Made by a program: the position numbers and the translations under genes
The notes under the pieces: generated by a model
The model's input: only the letters and a program-made list of their open reading frames with translations
What the model was told of the DNA's origin: nothing
The model's database searches: none
Part shown: piece by piece, positions 57,173 through 64,000 of the stretch
How the letters are laid out: every line of letters starts with the position of its first letter
Numbering within the stretch: position 1 is the stretch's first letter
Origin: an uncultured Candidatus Saccharibacteria bacterium
GTDB taxonomy: Bacteria > Patescibacteriota > Doudnabacteria > UBA920
Length of the DNA: 64,000 bases
Assembly: GCA_964473815.1 (NCBI GenBank)
Contig: CAYYQK010000002.1
Location: 105,128-169,127 of the forward strand
Direction: 5' to 3'

Positions 57173-59644
57173 ATGAAAATAAACACAAAAAAACAAATTT
57201 CAATTTTCAAATACGCTGTCAATAGTTTTGTAGCGGCTTCCATTTTATTTGCTCCAATAGTCTCAAATGTCGCTCCTGTAATTAACACTGCGAAAGCAGA
57301 GGTTAGCTGTACTGACGACGCTTTGCCTATCCCAACTGCGGACATGACTGTCCGTAAGGATAATGCACAGGGCGAGGTTTTAGGTACTTACCATGCACGT
57401 GGGGCAATTGATAGCCCTGATGATCCTGGCAATGGCGAAACAGGCGTTGCTACTTTCCAACTTCAAGTCCCAAAAGGTACCAAATTATATTTTACTGCCC
57501 GCACTGACGGATTTAATGGTCCAAACAGAAGTGTTGGCGGCATGCCTAACTATAGTGGCGGTGGAGTGACAGTAACATCTCCAGACGTAAAAGCTGGCTA
57601 TTACCCAAACGGCTTTTCATTTAGTCGTCTCGATGCAGTTACCGGATTAAGTGATCGGGTTATCAACGGTCCGGTGAGTTTAGGCATGGGTGGTGATTGG
57701 AGTTGTTGGGGTGGAGATCGTGACTCACACGTGCAATTAATAGTAAATGTTGTCACTAAACCATCCACTAATTTAGTTACTCGTACAGCTACAACAAATT
57801 TAGCCGTAATTAATGATCCTGCAGTGTCCTCTCATTGCTCTTCTGCGAATGACCCTGGGAATAATTCAACTTGTCGAGTTGATCTTAATGACGGTGCTAC
57901 TATAAGCTGGAATGCCGAATCAACCACTAATGGAAATTCTTGTATCGCTACGAATGATAATACCTCGAGTAACCCAGACTCAAATTGGAATGGAGCAAAG
58001 GATGGAACAAGTGGAACTCAGGCAGTTGGGCCATTTCCTTCATTGGGAACCTTTACATATCAAATTAAATGCACCGGATTAAACGGTGTAACTTCAACTC
58101 CTTCTACAACAACATTTATTGTTGGAAACACCCCTTCGTACACTTGTCAGGTCGTTCCTTCAGGTATACAACAGGTAGACCAGGGTGGTTACGGCGCAGC
58201 TAGTTTGCATGTAACATCTTTGAGTGGTTACAATAAACCAGTAACCTTCTCGCCTGCGATTGTTTCTCCTTCCGGTGCTGGCTCGCCACAGGTGACAATT
58301 GAAGGTAATAATCCTCAGAACTCCCCATATGCTACAAACAGTCCTGTCTCAATTTTCGCCCCTGCAAACTCGGCTGTGGGTACATACACAATCACCTTTA
58401 AAACTGAAGATGGTATTGTATGTGATGGTAATGTAACTTTGCAAATAAACTCTGCAGCAGACCCAGACGGTTACATTTACTGTGGCGCTTCCGGAGCACA
58501 AACAACTTGTAAAATTAATGGCGGCGATAGTATCCCTATTCGCTGGCATGCTGAAAATGTAAATAATGATTGTGTGGTCATTGCAACTGCTAATGATGAT
58601 ACTCAGTTTGATTTTGCCACAGGCAAAGATGGTAATAAGAGTTCGGGGCCACTGAGCAAGCCAACTCAGTTCTCCTTGGGCTGTAGCGCATCAAATGGAC
58701 ACCAGGATCTTGTCCGGACTGCCTTTGTCGATATTACTTCTATTTGTACCGTAAACTGTGGAACCGGCATGTCGTTGACGGCAAGTAATTCTACTTGTGA
58801 ACAAGTTAACTTGAGCTGGTCTTCAACAGTGAATCCAGCACCAAAGAGCTACAAGCTATTTCGTAGTTTAGACGGCAATACTTATGCGGAATTTGCTACT
58901 GTGAACGATCCAACTAACACATACGTCGATAGACCTCCACAACAACTAGGGGTGTCGAATTATTATAAAATTCAAGCTTACAATGACTATAACGGAAATG
59001 GTTCTGTTGTAGCCAATGGCTCTTCCCAGGTAGTGCCCGTTCCTTGTGCTACCCCGAGTTTGGAAGGTTCTGATAAAGATGTAACAAACAGCAAGGGTAA
59101 AATTACAAAAGCGTTTAACCCACCACCTTGTAATGGTGTGTCAGATTTTGCAGTATTGCCAAACAATGCAATCTTCACTGCTGGCGATGAAGTGACCTTT
59201 AAGATTAATATTTGTAATCCTGCTGATCCTAACACTCCACCTCAGCGCGCAGACCTTACAAATATCACCGTTGAAGATACAATGCATAATCTTTCTGCGC
59301 CTACTTCTATAAAGAGCATGAGTTCAAATGGGGGTGGGACCCGTGGAGCTCCTTGTTTGCTGAGCAGTCAAGCACAGGACAATACTGACGGTGACTTTAC
59401 TGGTTTTATTACGTTTACTGTGAAGGATATACCTCGGGCAAACTTAGGGCAGTATTGTTCAATTATAATCACTGCTAAAATTCAAGCACCTCTTAACCCA
59501 ACTGCATCGATTTACCGCTTCTGGAATGAAGCAAAAATTACTGCCACTGGAAATGGTCAAACGATTACAAAGACCGTGAAAACACCTTTGTATCCATTTG
59601 GTTTAACAAATGTACCAAATCGTAACGAAACCTCTCCTCATTAA
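57173..59644 (+). CDS. large secreted Cys-containing repeat protein (Ig-like 4-Cys repeats, FN3-like domain, DUF11-like domain) with conserved C-terminal tail ...VPNRNETSPH
   Basis: signal peptide; repeated C...C..W...C modules; C-terminal 60 aa paralogous to 60146..63073. Confidence 0.6.
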   Translation: MKINTKKQISIFKYAVNSFVAASILFAPIVSNVAPVINTAKAEVSCTDDALPIPTADMTVRKDNAQGEVLGTYHARGAIDSPDDPGNGETGVATFQLQVPKGTKLYFTARTDGFNGPNRSVGGMPNYSGGGVTVTSPDVKAGYYPNGFSFSRLDAVTGLSDRVINGPVSLGMGGDWSCWGGDRDSHVQLIVNVVTKPSTNLVTRTATTNLAVINDPAVSSHCSSANDPGNNSTCRVDLNDGATISWNAESTTNGNSCIATNDNTSSNPDSNWNGAKDGTSGTQAVGPFPSLGTFTYQIKCTGLNGVTSTPSTTTFIVGNTPSYTCQVVPSGIQQVDQGGYGAASLHVTSLSGYNKPVTFSPAIVSPSGAGSPQVTIEGNNPQNSPYATNSPVSIFAPANSAVGTYTITFKTEDGIVCDGNVTLQINSAADPDGYIYCGASGAQTTCKINGGDSIPIRWHAENVNNDCVVIATANDDTQFDFATGKDGNKSSGPLSKPTQFSLGCSASNGHQDLVRTAFVDITSICTVNCGTGMSLTASNSTCEQVNLSWSSTVNPAPKSYKLFRSLDGNTYAEFATVNDPTNTYVDRPPQQLGVSNYYKIQAYNDYNGNGSVVANGSSQVVPVPCATPSLEGSDKDVTNSKGKITKAFNPPPCNGVSDFAVLPNNAIFTAGDEVTFKINICNPADPNTPPQRADLTNITVEDTMHNLSAPTSIKSMSSNGGGTRGAPCLLSSQAQDNTDGDFTGFITFTVKDIPRANLGQYCSIIITAKIQAPLNPTASIYRFWNEAKITATGNGQTITKTVKTPLYPFGLTNVPNRNETSPH

Positions 59645-59664
59645 TAGTTTTTAATTAAAACACA

Positions 59665-60144
59665 ATGAACAAAAGACTCTTAGTTCTTGGTGGTGTACTT
59701 ATCGTACTCATAGTTGCGGTTGGTGCTTATTGGCATTCACCCCACAAAAACGCAAGCATGCCTGACAATGTTATTACAAAGCAAAGTCAAACTACGGGCG
59801 CAAAGAAAGATGTAGATGCAGAGCAGCTGCCAAAAAACTTCCCTGCTGATATTCCAATCGAAGAAGGTGCTTCTGTTGTCCAAAACTTTAATGTTGATGA
59901 TAAAGGTTACCAGCAAGCAACCCGGTCTTTTGAAACACAAGTAAGTCTTGATAAAAACTTAGCGCTGTACAAAAAATATTTAACCGCAAACGGTTATAAA
60001 ATTACTGTTACTATAGACCAGCCGACCTACAAAATGGTCTCTGGTACTAAAGACAAAGATAATTTACGCATTGAAATGACTGATAATTCAGTGTCTAAGC
60101 AAAAGACAGTGAGTATCACATTCATTCAAACGGGATCAAACTAA
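59665..60144 (+). CDS. small N-terminally anchored secreted protein, paralog B
   Basis: MNKRLLVLGGVLIVLIVAVGAYW anchor; FPADIPIEEGASVVQNFN motif matching 55457..55951. Confidence 0.5.
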   Translation: MNKRLLVLGGVLIVLIVAVGAYWHSPHKNASMPDNVITKQSQTTGAKKDVDAEQLPKNFPADIPIEEGASVVQNFNVDDKGYQQATRSFETQVSLDKNLALYKKYLTANGYKITVTIDQPTYKMVSGTKDKDNLRIEMTDNSVSKQKTVSITFIQTGSN

Positions 60145-60145
60145 A

Positions 60146-63073
60146 ATGTTAAATATCAATTACTTATTCAATAGTAAGTTTCTAAAAACAGTCATTTTTA
60201 GTGCGGCTTTTCTATTTGCGTTTATTGCCTTTGCCATGGTTTCTAAGCCACACGCAGCCCATGCGGCAGTGCAGGATTTTACCATTAGTTGTAACAGCTA
60301 CCAACAATCAGGAATAACTGTTATGGCCGGGATCTCTACGGGTATGATAATTAGAATTTCAGGACCAAATAATTCTACATACACCGGTCCGGCAATTACA
60401 GTTACTCCATCGATTTCTCCAACTCCAGCAAGCGGCGCACCTACATACACATATGAAAACAACCCCACTACTGACTCCTGGCTATATACAGTAGTAAAGA
60501 TAAAGACATATAATTCGCCTCAAACAACACCGGGTACTTATGTAATGACCTTTACTGGATCTAACGGAACCTATTCACATTCTTGCAGTTGGAACTTTTA
60601 TGTTACTGCCTATAACGCATCTGTTAGTGGTGCAACTATGAAATGCAATGGCAGTACCAATCCTTGTAATGTAGGTTACAATGACCGTCCAGTGGTTTCA
60701 TGGACAAGTTCGGGAACTACTAATTGTTTTGTCTATGGCCCACCTGATACAAATTATTCAAGCAACCATACAGGGTCATCAGGTAGTTATACCGCGTATA
60801 ATTTTCAAGATGAATCAGAATTTATCGAATTAAATTGCTGGAAGAGTGATTGGTCTGCTAATTTTGGAACTATAGCCTCGAACTCCATTAACACCTTGCC
60901 GTATGCGGATATACACTGTGGGAGCTATCAAACTGCTTGTACCATTAATGCCGGAGATTCAATAAATATTTCTTGGTTTAGCATGCATGCTTTTAGCTGC
61001 ACAGTATCTCCTCCAGGTTGGACCGGTACCGGTACAAATTCATACACCAGATCAAGTGGTCCACTGGTGGCAACCACAACCTTCACCTCAACCTGTACCG
61101 GGTATAACGGTGGAACTTCCTCGGCCAGTGTAACAGTTACAGTCATCCCAGGTCCGTACGGGATCATCACATGTAATGGCTCAGATACTTGCACGATTCC
61201 ATACAATACTGCAGCGACAATTGCGTGGAGCTCTAACCAAGCTACATCATGTTCGATAACACCGTCAGGATGGACTGGTACTTCGGGCTCTAGGTCTACT
61301 GGTAATTTAACCTCGGATCAAACTTACACAATTAATTGTAGTGGTGCTGGTGGTGCGATGACGCCTCATACTGCTACGGTGACAGTTTCTCCTCCGCCTT
61401 TGCCTACCGGTACTATTACTTGTAATGGCGCATCTAGTTGTACAATAGCTTATAATTCTGCGGCTACAATTGCCTGGACTACCTCTGCTGCAACTTCGTG
61501 TACGGTAACTCCTTCGAATTGGAGTGGGACTTCTGGCTCAGTATCTACTGGCAACTTAATTTCAACAACTACTTATACAGCTAATTGTTCAGGCCCGGGT
61601 GGCAATGCTACTATTGGTTCTGTTGTGGTAACGGTTTCACCTCCACCACCGGTAACTGGAAATATTCTGTGTAATGGCGGCGGCAACTGTTCTATTAACT
61701 ACAATACGAGCGCTACTATCTCATGGTCATCTGCAAATGCAACTTCTTGTTCAGTTGCTCCAAACAGTTGGACCGGTCTCAGCGGTTCTCAGTCAACCGG
61801 AAACTTAACATACACAACAGTTTACACTTTAAGTTGTACAGGACCAGCTGGACCACTAAGTCCGCAGCCTTCTGTAACAGTAACAGTGCTTACAGACTTT
61901 ACTTTGAACTGTACGCCAATGACTACAGCTATTGCTTTGGGTGACACAACTTCGTTCCAACTGGCTGTTACCAGACAGGGAATTGGTACTGTCACTTTTG
62001 CAGCTCCTACATTTAGTCCAAATAATGCCAATAATCCGTCTAATTCGTATGTGAATAATCCGAATGCTAGTGGTAGTGGTGTTACCTCTTCAGTAATTTC
62101 TACCACCATGGGTACAACTTTGGCGGCTCCTTATGTAATTACTTTTTCAGCCAGTGCTGCTGGCGCCACCGGCACCGTAACTCATACTTGTACAGTAAAT
62201 CTATACATTTCTGCAACACCTCCAGTTCAGCCAACTAATATTGTTGCTTCCAACCAAGTTTGTGAAACCGTAGATCTTACTTGGGATAAGGGCGCAGGCA
62301 CAACTCCTGCTGGTTACCGTGTTTACCGCCGTACCCAAGGTACTGGCACAGCAACTGATTCCTGGAATCGCGTTGGTTCAGATATCCCTACCACAGGGGC
62401 AACTAGTTATAGCTACCATGACGGAGGTCCATTGTTGGTTCATGGCTCTAACTATTACGCCGTATCTTCTTATGATGTTAATAATTTGGAATCTGCCAAA
62501 GCTAATGCAAGCCCATCATCAATTGTTCCAAGATATTGTGGACCAAGCTTAACAGCTTCTGACATCGATTTGACTCAGGTTGCCGGGCATATAACCAAAT
62601 CATTTACCGGACAGGCATGTAGTGGTACTTCCGAAGTTGCATCATTGCCAGCAAACAGTTTGTTCTCACCAAATGACACCGTTACCTTTACATTGAACAT
62701 TTGTAATTCCGGTACACAAGATATGACAGGTATTGTAGCGCACATCACTGCGGCGAATTTGACCAACTATTCAATGCTGGTGCAACCAAGCCCAGCAGGT
62801 TGCGCGACCATTACAAACCTTTCTTCTACCGCAATGGACTTCACTGTAAATACTTTAACCGCTCCACCACTTGGAGTAATTGCTACTTCTTGTACAATTA
62901 CTTACCGCGCAACTGTAACCTTACCTCCTGGAGTAAGTAACCAGTATCAGCGCTTCCAAAGCGTGGCTGACGTAACAGCTGATGGTGGCTTGAGTGACCA
63001 CATTGTTACTCCAACCTATTTGTTTGGCACGGGACAAAACCAGCCGAACCGTAACGAAACCTCTGCTCATTAA
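60146..63073 (+). CDS. giant secreted Cys-containing repeat protein (at least 5 tandem ~75-aa 4-Cys Ig-like repeats, FN3-like, DUF11-like) with conserved C-terminal tail ...QPNRNETSAH
   Basis: signal peptide/TM at N-terminus; near-identical internal repeats ITCNG..C.I.YN..ATI.W....ATSC...P..W.G..GS.STGNL....YT..C.G; shared C-terminal domain with 57173..59644. Confidence 0.6.
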   Translation: MLNINYLFNSKFLKTVIFSAAFLFAFIAFAMVSKPHAAHAAVQDFTISCNSYQQSGITVMAGISTGMIIRISGPNNSTYTGPAITVTPSISPTPASGAPTYTYENNPTTDSWLYTVVKIKTYNSPQTTPGTYVMTFTGSNGTYSHSCSWNFYVTAYNASVSGATMKCNGSTNPCNVGYNDRPVVSWTSSGTTNCFVYGPPDTNYSSNHTGSSGSYTAYNFQDESEFIELNCWKSDWSANFGTIASNSINTLPYADIHCGSYQTACTINAGDSINISWFSMHAFSCTVSPPGWTGTGTNSYTRSSGPLVATTTFTSTCTGYNGGTSSASVTVTVIPGPYGIITCNGSDTCTIPYNTAATIAWSSNQATSCSITPSGWTGTSGSRSTGNLTSDQTYTINCSGAGGAMTPHTATVTVSPPPLPTGTITCNGASSCTIAYNSAATIAWTTSAATSCTVTPSNWSGTSGSVSTGNLISTTTYTANCSGPGGNATIGSVVVTVSPPPPVTGNILCNGGGNCSINYNTSATISWSSANATSCSVAPNSWTGLSGSQSTGNLTYTTVYTLSCTGPAGPLSPQPSVTVTVLTDFTLNCTPMTTAIALGDTTSFQLAVTRQGIGTVTFAAPTFSPNNANNPSNSYVNNPNASGSGVTSSVISTTMGTTLAAPYVITFSASAAGATGTVTHTCTVNLYISATPPVQPTNIVASNQVCETVDLTWDKGAGTTPAGYRVYRRTQGTGTATDSWNRVGSDIPTTGATSYSYHDGGPLLVHGSNYYAVSSYDVNNLESAKANASPSSIVPRYCGPSLTASDIDLTQVAGHITKSFTGQACSGTSEVASLPANSLFSPNDTVTFTLNICNSGTQDMTGIVAHITAANLTNYSMLVQPSPAGCATITNLSSTAMDFTVNTLTAPPLGVIATSCTITYRATVTLPPGVSNQYQRFQSVADVTADGGLSDHIVTPTYLFGTGQNQPNRNETSAH

Positions 63074-63224
63074 TTTCTACAAAATAGATTTATCTAAAAG
63101 TCACACCTGTAGGGTGTGACTTTTGACATCAGAAAATAAAAATGGTATGATGTTGGGGCAATAGAGGCTTACATGCAAGGTCGAAGCCGCTCTCCTATAG
63201 CAGAAATACTTAACTGAAAGACAC

Positions 63225-63599
63225 ATGGAGAAAGATCAAGAATTTGTTGAATTTATCATCAAGGCGTTAGTAGATAATCCACAAGATGTTCGCACTGATC
63301 GCACTGTTGATGAAATGGGTGTGTTAATCACTCTTCACATCAATCCTGCTGACATGGGCCAAGTAATTGGTCGCATGGGTCAGACTGCAAAAGCAGTTCG
63401 AACATTGTTGCGCGTAGTTGGTGCGAAGCACAAAGCTCGTGTGAACTTGAAGATTGATGAACCAGAAGGTTCTCACCGTGGACCTCGCCGCGATCGTTCT
63501 GAACAACGCGATGATATGGGTGCATCTGATGCCGGCGACGCTGGCAACAACGATGCCGAAATGGCCGGTGCTCCGGACATGGACGACTTCAAGCTTTAA
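63225..63599 (+). CDS. KH-domain RNA-binding protein (KhpA/YlqC-like) with disordered acidic/basic C-terminal extension
   Basis: KH motif MGQVIGRMGQTAKAVRTLL; normally encoded next to rpsP. Confidence 0.75.
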   Translation: MEKDQEFVEFIIKALVDNPQDVRTDRTVDEMGVLITLHINPADMGQVIGRMGQTAKAVRTLLRVVGAKHKARVNLKIDEPEGSHRGPRRDRSEQRDDMGASDAGDAGNNDAEMAGAPDMDDFKL

Positions 63600-63611
63600 T
63601 TTGAAGATAAA

Positions 63612-63646
63612 AACAAAATCCGCACCCTTTGCGGATTTTGTTTTTG
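63612..63646 (+). terminator. rho-independent terminator (aaatccgca-ccctt-tgcggattt + T-run)
   Basis: 9-bp perfect stem then TGTTTTTG. Confidence 0.75.
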
Positions 63647-63694
63647 CTAGAGCTTGCGCTATTAGTGATAGCGATTTTTTGATAACATTAGTTT

Positions 63695-64000
63695 ATGATA
63701 TCTAAAGATAGACATAAGATAGTTCCAGCTAGTTACCTATTGTTAGAAAAAGATGGTAAGTTTTTAATGTTGAGACGATTTAATACTGGTTACCGAGATG
63801 GAGAATATAGTTTAATTTCAGGACATGTGGATCCAAATGAAAGCCCTCGCCATACCATGGTCCGTGAAGCGCAAGAAGAAGCGGGAATAGAAATACTTCC
63901 TGAGGATTTAACTTTATTCCATGTTTGTAGTCGTAAAGCTGCCGATTTTGAGCGTATCGATTTTTTTTGGAGTTGCTCAAAATGGACTGGAGAACCTACA
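63695..64000 (+). CDS. Nudix hydrolase (partial, runs off window end)
   Basis: Nudix box GHVDPNESPRHTMVREAQEEAGIEI; no stop before window end. Confidence 0.6.
   Translation, partial: MISKDRHKIVPASYLLLEKDGKFLMLRRFNTGYRDGEYSLISGHVDPNESPRHTMVREAQEEAGIEILPEDLTLFHVCSRKAADFERIDFFWSCSKWTGEPT

Overview
The window holds about 70 genes. It looks like a chromosomal segment from a small-genome bacterium, probably a Patescibacteria/CPR-type lineage. That placement is inference only. The cues are seven tandem small two-TM 'pilin-like' genes, an 875-aa SMC, tRNAs scattered among housekeeping genes, and giant Cys-rich surface proteins. Core genes I recognise with confidence: infB, rbfA, a DHH (NrnA-like) phosphoesterase, bactofilin, rlmH, ftsK, recA, lspA, comM/yifB, galU, ftsH, rnc, smc, rpsP, a KH-domain (KhpA-like) protein, Hsp20, two Nudix hydrolases, a HAD hydrolase, and ten tRNAs (Gly, Phe, Val, Leu, Arg, Ala, Ser, Leu, Val, plus a 4-tRNA cluster). 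The left ~12 kb (about 1128-13092) is markedly AT-richer. It looks like an integrated accessory island ending at a large serine recombinase whose 3' end overlaps tRNA-Gly. Its cargo is an operon of GTP cyclohydrolase II plus two SAM methyltransferases plus a cupin; an SRAP (YedK-like) protein; and a translationally coupled pair of an N6-adenine DNA methyltransferase and a DUF262(ParB-like)-HNH nuclease, a candidate restriction-modification/defence module. A perfect 25-bp direct repeat (1128-1152, 4611-4635) flanks the first cargo module. Other leads: an ORF-free 560-bp region with a strong sigma70-like promoter (candidate ncRNA, 35912-36477); a tandem array of seven paralogous signal-peptide/2-TM pilin-like genes with hypervariable N-domains (41100-45207); a Phd/YefM-RelE toxin-antitoxin pair; a tandem-repeat protein next to an orphan ParB-like gene; an ~8-kb block of secreted giant repeat proteins inserted between rpsP and the KH-protein gene, with paralogous small anchor proteins and a shared C-terminal tail ...PNRNETS(P/A)H; and strong local enrichment of the palindrome CACGTG in one membrane-protein gene. 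No CRISPR array and no rRNA were seen. All functional calls come from reading motifs by eye; no database search was possible.
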